Of a DNA stretch of 32,000 bases, positions 8,931-18,331 are shown piece after piece. The position numbers and the translations under genes are program-made. The notes under the pieces are model-generated. The model saw only the letters and a program-made list of their open reading frames with translations. It had not been told where the DNA came from and did no database searches. This DNA is from Candidatus Saccharimonadota bacterium (GTDB lineage: Archaea; Micrarchaeota; Micrarchaeia; Micrarchaeales; Micrarchaeaceae). The first letter of the stretch is position 1. Each line of letters starts with the position of its first letter. The stretch covers positions 600,001 to 632,000 of the forward strand of contig AP024486.1 in the NCBI GenBank assembly GCA_021654395.1, in the 5' to 3' direction.

Positions 8931-9628
8931 ATGAGTGATTCTAAGCTTGATATAAATCCTTTTGTTCCTCCAAACTTTAGAGAGGAGCTTAAAGATTATT
9001 TAACCGAAATAATAAAAAGAAAAAACGAGTATGATAAAAGAGCATATTTTAAATCTAAGGTTTTAGAAGGATGGCTTAAGATATCTCCAGATCTTATCTA
9101 CTTTGAAAAAGATAGAAAAGATCTATATTATGCAGGTATACTGTTCGAAACTAAGAGTGAACTTTCAGATGCTAAGAGAAAAGTAGCATTTGAAGAACTT
9201 AAAAATTATATAGAAGATCTGTTGAAAAAAGGAGGAAATGTATTTAAAGTTATAATAACAGATGGTGTATAGTTTGAGCTATATGATACTAACGATATAC
9301 TAAATTATAATGAAGATAGAAAAGATAGCTATCAAAAGCTATTAAGCAAAAGAAAATTTCTTATTAACTGACTTTGGAAATAGGCCTGAAGAGGCATACT
9401 ATCTATGTGGTATCTTAAATAGTAAAGTCACTATAGATAAATTTAGAAAAAGTGGAATTAAATCAGAAAGGCAATACAGAAAAAATCTTCGAGATTGGAA
9501 TTCCAGAATATAATGAAAAGAATAAACTTCATAATAAGATTGCAGAATATGCAATGAAATATAAAATGACTAAAGATGAAAAATTATTAGAGAAGATAGA
9601 TGAATTAGTAGAAGAGCTCTTAAAATAG
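8931..9628 (+). pseudogene. Remnant of a type IIG restriction-modification enzyme: the N-terminal nuclease domain is joined to a C-terminal fragment and the methyltransferase core is deleted
   Basis: The N-terminal 113 aa have a PD-ExK-like layout (KDLYYAGILFETKSE ... VIITDGV). An in-frame TAG at 9270-9272 is followed by FELYD, matching the usual TnGxxWxLy pattern. From 9360 the sequence reads EEAYYLCGILNSKVTIDKF and, after a frameshift, KIFEIGIPEYNEKNKLHNKIAEYAMKY...LVEELLK*, typical of the C-terminus of Eco57I/MmeI-like enzymes. Only about 0.7 kb remains of what is normally a gene of about 3 kb. Confidence 0.65.
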
Positions 9629-9784
9629 AACTTATAAATTCCAGTTATAAATACGCTTAAGCAATTTGCTATTTTATTATATGCAGATAGAGATCTTCTT
9701 GCATCCTTAGATAAAATCTAACAGATTACTTAACTTACTTCAAATAAGCTTTATAAAAGCCATCATTTATAAAAATTTAATATT

Positions 9785-9808
9785 TCTAATAATTATTTAG
9801 ATAATCTA
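9785..9808. repeat. Copy A of a 24-nt motif, TCTAATAATWATNTAGATAATCTA
   Basis: Reads tctaataattatttagataatcta and contains the palindrome TAGATAATCTA. An inverted near-copy, tagattatctt, lies at 9818-9828. Confidence 0.7.
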
Positions 9809-10409
9809 TATAATTTTTAGATTATCTTATCTTAATAAGGCATATTAATTAAAATTAAATCTAAAGAAAAGACCTTTATATCAGATTAGCTTAAAGGCTA
9901 TTTAACATATGGTGATTAGAATGACAACGCATGTAAATGCAATAGAACCAGAAGATTTTGAATATATGGGTTAGTAAAGAAGACATAGAAGAAACTAATA
10001 GAAAGCTAGAAGCTGAAAATAAAAAGAAAGAAAATACTGAAATAAGAGATGAAAATCCAGCACCAATACGCTGTGAGCAATAAAGTTAGATCTATAAGTT
10101 AACATTTTATCTTTTTGTTTTTTTAAACATAAAGCTTTTATATCTAGTCTGCGCTTAGTTAATAGATCCATGGTGAGAGATATGGTGAATGTAGAACTTG
10201 CTAGCGAATATGTACCAGAAAAGGTAGATAATCAGGCAAAAGGAGAGGTACCAAAATTTATGGGTAAGCATAAGGGCCGTTTTGAAAGAGATTATCTTAG
10301 AGGAATGGAGTAAAGGGTTTACTTTTTTCTTGTTTTATTATTTGAGTAACAATGTGGTTTAAAAAGTTACTAAAATAAGGATTATTTAAAATAAGAATTA
10401 CAAAACACT

Positions 10410-10658
10410 TTTCATTTTTATGAAAGTCAAAATTAAAGCATATGCTAAAAATTAAGTTTCATTTTTATGAAATTAGCAATTTGCAAGAAATTGCATTTTC
10501 TTCCATATTTTTGAAAAATGGCTTGTTTTAGCAAAATGATCATTATTGCTCCGAAAAAGCATATCAAAAGATATGCTTTTCTCAGGCATCTTAAGATCTA
10601 TTCCATTTTTATGAAAATCTATGATCATAAGCTACTAATCTATTCCATTTTTATGAAA
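10410..10658. promoter_or_regulatory. Cluster of 16-bp palindromic boxes TTYCATTTTTATGAAA: four good copies and one degenerate copy
   Basis: Copies at 10410-10425, 10457-10472, 10601-10616 and 10643-10658; the degenerate copy is near 10501-10520. The half-sites TTTCAT/ATGAAA are inverted around TTTT. The last two copies share the 21-nt atctattccatttttatgaaa. Extra hairpins are gcaatttgcaagaaattgc (10476-10494) and aaaagcatatcaaaagatatgctttt (about 10555-10580). Confidence 0.6.
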
Positions 10659-10854
10659 GCATTAATAGAAGATCATGTAAGTACTAAAATTTAAGTTTAA
10701 TCTAACAAATGATAAGATATTCTAAAATTATCTTAGTATAATCTTTGCTATAATTTTTAATAAACAAGTAAGCTATCTGGAGGAAATTTTGCTATAAAAT
10801 TATATAAAGAAAAGTATTTTATTAATTCTGATATATTGCATATTTGTGGGTTTT

Positions 10855-11025
10855 ATGGTAGATAAGCAAGAAAGCATGGATTATAAGGGAGATACTAAAG
10901 CGCTGGTAGATGCTGCTCCAGAGTTATATGATCTGCTCGAGGAATTGCTAAAAAGGCTCGGAGAGATAATTGAAGATCAATCTAAAGGATATGCGAAAGA
11001 GAATAGCAAAATTAGAAATGATTAG
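10855..11025 (+). CDS. Possible small ORF (56 aa), function unknown
   Basis: Reads MVDKQESMDYKGDTKALVDAAPELYDLLEELLKRLGEIIEDQSKGYAKENSKIRND. It is below the ORF-track length threshold and its composition is protein-like, but nothing else supports it. Confidence 0.2.
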   Translation: MVDKQESMDYKGDTKALVDAAPELYDLLEELLKRLGEIIEDQSKGYAKENSKIRND

Positions 11026-11086
11026 TCTGAAATATTTAAGCTAGTAATAATATTAAAGTTAAAATATGTAAAAGGTTAATTTAATA

Positions 11087-11110
11087 TCTAATAATATATT
11101 AGATAATCTA
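11087..11110. repeat. Copy B of the 24-nt TCTAATAAT...TAGATAATCTA motif
   Basis: Reads tctaataatatattagataatcta, followed by aaattttattaaat, which is similar to the sequence after copy C. Confidence 0.7.
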
Positions 11111-11173
11111 AAATTTTATTAAATCTTTACAATCAAATAATGTTAATATTTTCTTAATCTAGTATATATTGAT

Positions 11174-11197
11174 TCTAATAATTATCTAGATAATCTA
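11174..11197. repeat. Copy C of the 24-nt TCTAATAAT...TAGATAATCTA motif
   Basis: Reads tctaataattatctagataatcta, followed by acaatttattaaat. It lies just 3' of the stop of the minus-strand ORF 11221-12261. Confidence 0.7.
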
Positions 11198-11220
11198 ACA
11201 ATTTATTAAATAAAAGAGCT

Positions 11221-12261
11221 TTACTCTCTTAATCCATAAGCCTTTATTAGTATCTCATTTAGATAATCGTAAACTTCCATCGCTCTAAGCTTTCTATCTT
11301 TTCCTTCTTTTAACTTCTTTAGCTGTTTTAATTTATTGAGTAGTTTTTCAAGGTCTTGTGTGCTTATGATTATCATCTGCCCTTTTATGAATAAAGTTGC
11401 TGTATCATCATCTCTTAACTCAGAACTATCGGCTTTTTTAACTACTAATTCATTATTATTTACATCTACTTTTAACTTTGTAAACGGATTCTGTGCTAAT
11501 TTAGTAAGCTTTTCTATTAATCTGTTAGATTCGGCTTGATTAGCAATACGTGATTCATTAGAATTTGGCTCCCTCTTTAAAAATGATATAGCTAATACAT
11601 ATATACTTTTAATCTTAATCTTCTTGATAGGTTTATTAGATTCACTGGTTGCCTCTTCTCTAATATTCCCTACTGGTTCCTCTACAACCACATGAGAACC
11701 AAATAGCATATCCATATTTGAATTAAGCCTCTTAAAAAATGTAGACATCTGCGGAGAAAATATTTCATTTGCATCCTCTCTGGCTATCTTATCTCTCTCT
11801 AATATCTCTTTAGTATCCTTCTCATTAGCACCTTTGGCCTCTATGTGTAATATACGTAATTCATCATTTAATCCTTTTGGCTCTTCAATCCAATTAAAAT
11901 CTACACGCATACTAGTACTAAGTTTAATCTTTCTCCTACGTGATCCATTATAGAGTGGGCCATGATGCTTTCTATCATATTCATCATGTTTAATCTTAAG
12001 CTTAATATTCTCTTCTCCTAGTGGTTTATCTTTTATATGCTTTTCAATTATATTGTTTACCTCTCTCTCGACAGGTGATTTTATAATTATATCAGATGGA
12101 ATATTATTAAAACTTATTTCGTTTAGTCTTGAATATAACTTACTTGGATCTATAGGCTCTCTTACTCCTATACGGCATAATACTATATATCTCTTTAGGT
12201 TATTACTGCCACTAGCATCTTTAGTGACATTAATACTCATACCTATCTTATAATATAGCAC
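11221..12261 (-). CDS. Hypothetical protein (346 aa), second gene of a two-gene minus-strand unit
   Basis: Long ORF starting 48 nt downstream of the end of the 12310-13113 ORF on the same strand. The charged C-terminal half looks coiled-coil. No family motif recognised. Confidence 0.6.
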   Translation of the reverse strand: MLYYKIGMSINVTKDASGSNNLKRYIVLCRIGVREPIDPSKLYSRLNEISFNNIPSDIIIKSPVEREVNNIIEKHIKDKPLGEENIKLKIKHDEYDRKHHGPLYNGSRRRKIKLSTSMRVDFNWIEEPKGLNDELRILHIEAKGANEKDTKEILERDKIAREDANEIFSPQMSTFFKRLNSNMDMLFGSHVVVEEPVGNIREEATSESNKPIKKIKIKSIYVLAISFLKREPNSNESRIANQAESNRLIEKLTKLAQNPFTKLKVDVNNNELVVKKADSSELRDDDTATLFIKGQMIIISTQDLEKLLNKLKQLKKLKEGKDRKLRAMEVYDYLNEILIKAYGLRE

Positions 12262-12309
12262 TTATATGATATTTATATATTTCATACAGAAATAGCATAT
12301 GTACAACTA

Positions 12310-13113
12310 TTAAACAGTATAAACTCTAATTGGATCCACTGGCTCCTCCTGTAGGCTGCGTACAAAACTAATATCAGAGATATTATTTAAATACCATCCA
12401 TTTACCTCCTCCTTTCCTCTAATTACTCTCCTCTCTGCTTTATCAAGATCATAGATAGTTATCTTATAATCTTTTATTTCTAAGGATCTAAAGAGTATTC
12501 TTACCTCTAAAGGCACATCATTTCTAATCAGATTAAGCTTTCTAAGGCTATTAATAAACTTTTCAAATATCGGATTATCATGAATGTAAAAGCCAGTCCA
12601 AAATACTCCTACTAATCTTTTACCGTCCTTCTTTATCCTCGGTATGAGATGTAAGATATTCAAGCCTCTATTACTTCTTTCTTCTCTTATTGGTATTCTT
12701 CTATTGAGTAATAGATTTAAGGCAAATCTTAGATCAATCTTTATATCTAATCCAAGGAGTGCCATATAAGGATGAAGACCACTTATCTTAATGCTATTTA
12801 TATCATAAGATCTACCTTCTACATCTCTAAGATATTTAGAGTTTATATCTTCAGAGCATACTAGCGTAAACTTTCTATTACTGGGATCTTTTTCATCTTT
12901 TACTACAAACTCATACCAAGGATGGGCTACTAAGTTTAGATATAGCCCTTCATTGATACGTGTGGTTATTGCTTTTTGATTCAAGAACTTAAAGCAATAA
13001 TTTACATTACCCCTATTCCCATAAATAGCCTTTATATTTATATCTGCATTTCTTATTAATTTAAATAATCTTTCATCAGGAATCTTTGGTCTCTCAATAG
13101 ACATATACATCAC
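12310..13113 (-). CDS. Hypothetical protein (267 aa), first gene of a two-gene minus-strand unit
   Basis: Long ORF transcribed divergently from the 857-aa gene across a 490-bp AT-rich spacer. No family motif recognised. Confidence 0.6.
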   Translation of the reverse strand: MMYMSIERPKIPDERLFKLIRNADINIKAIYGNRGNVNYCFKFLNQKAITTRINEGLYLNLVAHPWYEFVVKDEKDPSNRKFTLVCSEDINSKYLRDVEGRSYDINSIKISGLHPYMALLGLDIKIDLRFALNLLLNRRIPIREERSNRGLNILHLIPRIKKDGKRLVGVFWTGFYIHDNPIFEKFINSLRKLNLIRNDVPLEVRILFRSLEIKDYKITIYDLDKAERRVIRGKEEVNGWYLNNISDISFVRSLQEEPVDPIRVYTV

Positions 13114-13602
13114 ATAAAGTTTTACATCTATTATGTAATACTCTTATTATAATTTACATATAAAAAGTTTGCTATTTAATATTATTTAACTGCTTATACT
13201 ATTTCTATAAGATGTAAAACTTATACATTAGATAGTCTGTAAATTTTAATAAAAAGATCTATGATATATTATATATATTTATAAAACTATAATTTAAAAG
13301 TTTGAATCTCTGCATATTAGCAAGATATGGAATAATACATATAAGTGATAACGAAATAATAAAGATGGATAAGAAATATAAAAATATGGATATACACGCG
13401 CTCTTTAAAGATCAGGATATTTTAAAGATTCTACTTCTAAGGTTTTCGAATTCACCTTAAAAATACGTTTAAATTAATAAAAGAGATCTATGTTATTTTA
13501 CAAGACCTATACTTATTGAATATTTAAAGATCTATCATTACATAAAGCAAAGTTTATATATCAAAATCTATTCAAAATTTTATATCATTACTGGTAGATA
13601 TT

Positions 13603-16176
13603 ATGAAAAATATATTTAAAAAGCTTAAACATAAGCATACTGATAAAGCGCTTAATGATTTAATAGAACATCTTAATAACATAAATATAAATGAGCTGTT
13701 GGATGCATATAAAGACGATCGTTCAGCTTTATATAATATTCTAATAGCCTTAAAAGAGGTCTGTTCAAATGAGAGCAAAGAGTATGTATATAATATAAAC
13801 TTAAACTATTTAATAAAAAGATTAGCAGATAATGAAACTAAACGCTTATTTGAAGCTGCTTCTAGATTCAAGAATAAAGACTCTATAAAAATTAGTTTAT
13901 CTCTAATATTAGTTAATACTTTATCTAATTTAAATTTAAGCCAAGACTATGATAAGCTCTTAAAAGCACTTAATAATGTAATAGACTATGACTTATCTAA
14001 AGGCCATAAAGATAATGAAAACTTTGCCTTAGATATCATTGATGTATTAAATAGTATAATTACTTATCGAGATACATTTGGAATGAATGTTTCTAACGTT
14101 ATAGGGCCTTTGCTAGATTATGATAATATTGAGAGATTCAGATCATTTTACGATAATGTAACAGAGGGTAAAAGATTATTTAGATACCTAGATATTATGC
14201 TATATTCATATTCATTATTTGTAAAGCTGAAAGATAAAGAAGATCTAGAACACCTTCTAGATTTATACAAAGGTAGTATTGCAATTAAAAGGTTAATACT
14301 TATAAGATACTTGGCTCTACTTAGGCAGAAAAGTAATAAATATGAATCAGAAAAGCAGCATCTTATTAAGTTCTTTAGTAATAGAGATCTTTTAATGAAA
14401 TCATTAAACCTTGTAAATAAAGATAAAGAGTCTAGGGATAACAATAATCCTGTATATAACTTTTTAACTCTAGATCAAGAGCTTAGCATATCACTGGCTT
14501 ATGAACTATCAAAAAGATACGACGAAGCTAAGGTAGATAGTATACTAGATGCTATCTATAAGGCTGAATTAGATGATAATACCAAGATACAGCTTATGGA
14601 GCTGATTAAAGATCTATCTTACTATGAATTTAGTGGTGGTGATTACATAGAAGCTCTTGTAAAGATTGCAGCTAATAAAGATATTACAGATAAGCTAAAT
14701 AAGAATAAGAGTTTAGCCGCTATGCTGTTCAAAAATTATAAGAAGATATACGACATATTTGGAGATTATAGTATAAATATTATCGAAAGCATAATAAAGA
14801 AGCAGGATATTGAGGCTATTCGAGTAATTGAAGCTATAAATGATATTAATAAAGTCTCTAAGATAGTTAAAAAGGTAGCGTCGAATTTAAAGACTCTAGG
14901 ATATAGAAATAGTGACAAGCTAATAAAGCTAGCCAAATATATAGATATGTATAAAGATGAATTAATTATAGATCCAGGCAAAGATCTGAATTCATTATTG
15001 AGGGATTTAGAAGATAGATTATACAATACAATGATAATGCAAATAAGGAAACGCCTTATTAAAAGGTTAAACCCGCAATATATTAACCTAAATGGCGGAA
15101 TAAGGATAAGAGAGAGAAACGTAGATAGATATGAAAGATCAGTAGCATTCAAATCTCTAAGGTTTATGTCAAAGGATGAGCTATTTAAGTACCAACTCTG
15201 GATAAGTAATAATAAATCTGATCTGTTTGATGCTTTAGTTGGAATTCTAAATCCTAAAAAAGATCTACCGCGTTATGTTTTCAATAATGTAGATATATTA
15301 AGCGATGATTATAAATTAATAGAAGCATCAGAAGCTAAAAGCAATTTAGATAAAATAAAACTAAGGACTAAGCATATAATAGGCAGAATATTAAAACTAA
15401 GTAAAGAAAAAGATATAAACAGATATATATTTAAGAAGCTTAAAAGCTACTCTAAAAGGTTTGGATTTAATTATAAAAATTATTCATATAAGAATACTAA
15501 AGATCTGCTTAAGCTTGCAACAGATCTTAGATCATTTATAGCAAATAAGACAGATACTAAAGAATTTAAGAAATATATAGCAGAGGTTGATAGGCTGATA
15601 CAATATCTTAAAAACAAAGCAGAGCTTGAATCTAGCGATATAAGCATAGTAATGCCTTTAAATATGGTAGAAACTGTAGATGCGTTAGAATTCAATAGAT
15701 CGTGCTTTTCGCCTGGAGGCATGAATCATACATCTGCTTTGTCTATAGCAGCATCTCCAGATCTCTTCTTTATAGGTATATATAAAGATAAAGAGATAGT
15801 GGGAAGAGCAGCAGGATTCTTAGGCTACAGAGCTTATCCATCTCCAGACGATAATAGTTTTCATATAGATACGAGCAAAAAGGTAATCGGACTAGCGAGC
15901 GGCATCTATTCTAGATTTGATATAAGTAAAGATAAGCTTCTTAGAATAATTAGCGAAAAATATGCTAAGGATAACAATTATGAAGTGATATTGAATAGTA
16001 AAGAAAGCAAAAACGAAGAAGAAAAGATATACGTTGCAGTTAGATTATCAAAAAGATTTAAAGAACTACTTTATGGTGATTATATCGCTAGTGTTATATA
16101 TCTAGAAGAAAGCCCAAACATAAGAACAGACGAAGATTTAGATATGTATGAATGGGTTATATTAGAATTGAGATGA
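13603..16176 (+). CDS. Large hypothetical protein (857 aa), mostly helical, with a distinct C-terminal globular module
   Basis: Uninterrupted 2.6 kb ORF. The last 190 aa or so change character (LEFNRSCFSPGGMNHTSALSIAASPDLFFIGIYKDKEIVGRAAGFLGY...). A TATA-like ttttatatc lies about 20-25 nt upstream of the ATG. Confidence 0.7.
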   Translation: MKNIFKKLKHKHTDKALNDLIEHLNNININELLDAYKDDRSALYNILIALKEVCSNESKEYVYNINLNYLIKRLADNETKRLFEAASRFKNKDSIKISLSLILVNTLSNLNLSQDYDKLLKALNNVIDYDLSKGHKDNENFALDIIDVLNSIITYRDTFGMNVSNVIGPLLDYDNIERFRSFYDNVTEGKRLFRYLDIMLYSYSLFVKLKDKEDLEHLLDLYKGSIAIKRLILIRYLALLRQKSNKYESEKQHLIKFFSNRDLLMKSLNLVNKDKESRDNNNPVYNFLTLDQELSISLAYELSKRYDEAKVDSILDAIYKAELDDNTKIQLMELIKDLSYYEFSGGDYIEALVKIAANKDITDKLNKNKSLAAMLFKNYKKIYDIFGDYSINIIESIIKKQDIEAIRVIEAINDINKVSKIVKKVASNLKTLGYRNSDKLIKLAKYIDMYKDELIIDPGKDLNSLLRDLEDRLYNTMIMQIRKRLIKRLNPQYINLNGGIRIRERNVDRYERSVAFKSLRFMSKDELFKYQLWISNNKSDLFDALVGILNPKKDLPRYVFNNVDILSDDYKLIEASEAKSNLDKIKLRTKHIIGRILKLSKEKDINRYIFKKLKSYSKRFGFNYKNYSYKNTKDLLKLATDLRSFIANKTDTKEFKKYIAEVDRLIQYLKNKAELESSDISIVMPLNMVETVDALEFNRSCFSPGGMNHTSALSIAASPDLFFIGIYKDKEIVGRAAGFLGYRAYPSPDDNSFHIDTSKKVIGLASGIYSRFDISKDKLLRIISEKYAKDNNYEVILNSKESKNEEEKIYVAVRLSKRFKELLYGDYIASVIYLEESPNIRTDEDLDMYEWVILELR

Positions 16177-16321
16177 ATATTATTAATAATATAAAAACTA
16201 AAATAAAGTAGATAATCTTTTATTAAGGCTTTATACTCTTTTGTTCTTTCTGCTCTTTTGATATGCACTTAAAACGTAATATATAGCAAATAACTTATAT
16301 GCAATATCTTCACTTATCTTA

Positions 16322-16867
16322 TCATTTGAAGCACTTATATATCTCTATCCTGTAGAATATGTCTCTTAAATCTTCATCTAGCTCACCATACCTTTTTTTG
16401 TACCTCTTATTTAAATCCTCTAATACCTCTTTAATATCCGGATTTTCCATAGCTTCATTAACTATACCATATCTATATAAATCTGTATAATTGAATGTCT
16501 CCTTGAGTTCATCTATATTAAGACCCCTTATCTTTATAATTTCGTTTTTCTTAAGCTTATTCCAATCTTTATCCAAATAGTCAGTTATATCATTTAAAGT
16601 GTCTCTATTTTCTAATAGCTTGATAGCCATATAAAATGCTAAAAGCCCCTTAAAATTACTCTCATCAATATCTGACTTTTCATATACTTTAATAAATAAT
16701 GCGAGCATTCTCTTAAATATTTCCCTGTGTAGCTGCTCTTTAAGGCCACCATATTTATCCTCAAAGTCCTCTTTACAAATGCTCTCTATAATACTTTTAA
16801 CATCTCCTCTACTTACATAGCTAGTGACATACTCATTAAAAAGCACTTTTGGATCGAGGAAATTCAT
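16322..16867 (-). CDS. Hypothetical helical protein (181 aa)
   Basis: ORF only. The upstream in-frame sequence reads ...YKKEIERIKGFLEEH*EALKANGVSLDLIM..., so this may be the tail of a disrupted longer gene. Confidence 0.5.
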   Translation of the reverse strand: MNFLDPKVLFNEYVTSYVSRGDVKSIIESICKEDFEDKYGGLKEQLHREIFKRMLALFIKVYEKSDIDESNFKGLLAFYMAIKLLENRDTLNDITDYLDKDWNKLKKNEIIKIRGLNIDELKETFNYTDLYRYGIVNEAMENPDIKEVLEDLNKRYKKRYGELDEDLRDIFYRIEIYKCFK

Positions 16868-17223
16868 GATCAGGTCTAAACTGACTCCATTTGCTTTTAG
16901 CGCTTCTTAATGCTCTTCTAGAAATCCTTTTATCCTTTCTATCTCTTTCTTGTATGCATCTTCGTTTGAAGATTTGTATCAGAACATATTCGATCACTAT
17001 AACTGAAATGCTGTCATTTCATTAATATAAATTTTGTAAAGCTAATTAACTGATGCCAGATATATCAATATTTCTTTTGTATGTTTAATTAAAGCCTAAT
17101 GAATATAAAATAGCCTTATCTCTTTGTTTTACTATATGCTTTATAATAATTTCTTAATATTAACAAAGCATAAAATGCCAATTAGATAGATTATATAAAT
17201 AAATTAAAAAGCAGAATTATTAA

Positions 17224-18249
17224 TTAATGTATATACATATTTACGTCGTATAACTTTCCAACTTTAAACTTAAGCTCTCTGCCTTTCTCTAATCTTTCTT
17301 TAACAATATCATAGAAATACTCCAATCTTATTGATCTTCTATATATTGTAACACCATGCACTAATGTAACTCCGCCGAAATGATAGTTGAATGTTATAAC
17401 ATTGTTCTTCTTACTTACTGTAGATCTAACGTAATCTTTATACTTATTCCAAAATCCTGTATTTGCTCTACCTTTAATAAATGCAAGATATCTTATAGTT
17501 GACTCTACAGCCCAATCCTCTATAGATTTAGATCTACTTGCATATAACTTTACTGCTTCACTAAAAGAGCTTGTATTATAATCATAGTATAGCGTTTTAT
17601 AAGACTCTTTGAACTCTTCTGTATTCTTAAAGCTTTCTAAGTTATTGCGGTATTCATCAACTAATCTACTAAACTCTTCATTAAATCCTTCAAGATTGTC
17701 TAATAATCCTTTAAGATTTAAGAGCTCTATGTGATTCATATTGAATTCTTTTATTAGCTTTGCAGTAGTATCGAGCGCTCTTTTACTATTATCAAAAGGC
17801 TTTCTTAAAACATTTGCATCGAAAAATTCGTTTTCATATGCTATAACTAATCTGCTTTCTTTACCTGTTATCTGCTCTGCAAAAGACGCAAACTTATTAA
17901 GTCTATTAAGTAAGGCCAACCATGAGAGATCTATATTATTAAATGGTGTCTCAATTGGATTGCCTGATTTGCCTATATAAAGCAATAGCATAAACCTTAG
18001 CTTATCTCTTTTAGTAAGATCTTCTTCAAGCCTTTTAATATCTCCTTCAAATTCAACGAATCTATTTCTCATTAGCTCTTCTATGTTTTTTGGCTCGCTT
18101 TTAAATATTCTTTTTATATCACTCTCAAGAATCTTATCTACTTTTTCTTTATCTAATTCCTCATATTCAAATTCTATCTTAGCATCTGCTACACTCTCTT
18201 CAAATTCATATCTAAACGAACCTATCTCAGGTATTACTCTATCTTTCAA
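17224..18249 (-). CDS. Hypothetical protein (341 aa), shorter member of the GGVTxVHGV paralogue pair
   Basis: Shares ordered blocks with the adjacent 488-aa ORF: LLLYIGKSGNP...LSWLALLNRL, RLVIAYENEFFD and VITFNYHFGGVTLVHGVTIY. It may be remotely similar to the DIT1/PvcA family, but this is unverified. Confidence 0.65.
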   Translation of the reverse strand: MKDRVIPEIGSFRYEFEESVADAKIEFEYEELDKEKVDKILESDIKRIFKSEPKNIEELMRNRFVEFEGDIKRLEEDLTKRDKLRFMLLLYIGKSGNPIETPFNNIDLSWLALLNRLNKFASFAEQITGKESRLVIAYENEFFDANVLRKPFDNSKRALDTTAKLIKEFNMNHIELLNLKGLLDNLEGFNEEFSRLVDEYRNNLESFKNTEEFKESYKTLYYDYNTSSFSEAVKLYASRSKSIEDWAVESTIRYLAFIKGRANTGFWNKYKDYVRSTVSKKNNVITFNYHFGGVTLVHGVTIYRRSIRLEYFYDIVKERLEKGRELKFKVGKLYDVNMYIH

Positions 18250-18331
18250 CTAGATACACCTAATAGATCTCATTAGATATATCTTTATTTTCTTAATATT
18301 TTTATATCTTCTTTGTGGCCATTTTCTATTA

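Noticed and set aside
9909-10315. Small ORFs starting ATGGTGAKAGAWATG at 9909 and about 10171
   Set aside because: They are under 50 codons, one is frameshifted, and they have no motif or conserved context. They may be gene fragments but cannot be supported as features.
11221-13113. Cas genes (Cas6/RAMP-like) near the array
   Set aside because: Neither protein has a glycine-rich loop, RAMP motifs, HD or Cas4 cysteine motifs, or any other Cas hallmark I can recognise. No cas call is justified without a profile search.
16868-16990. An N-terminal extension of the 16322-16867 ORF
   Set aside because: The upstream in-frame sequence looks coding (YKKEIERIKGFLEEH) but is cut by TAA and, further up, TGA. 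I cannot define an intact longer gene and noted it only as possible decay.
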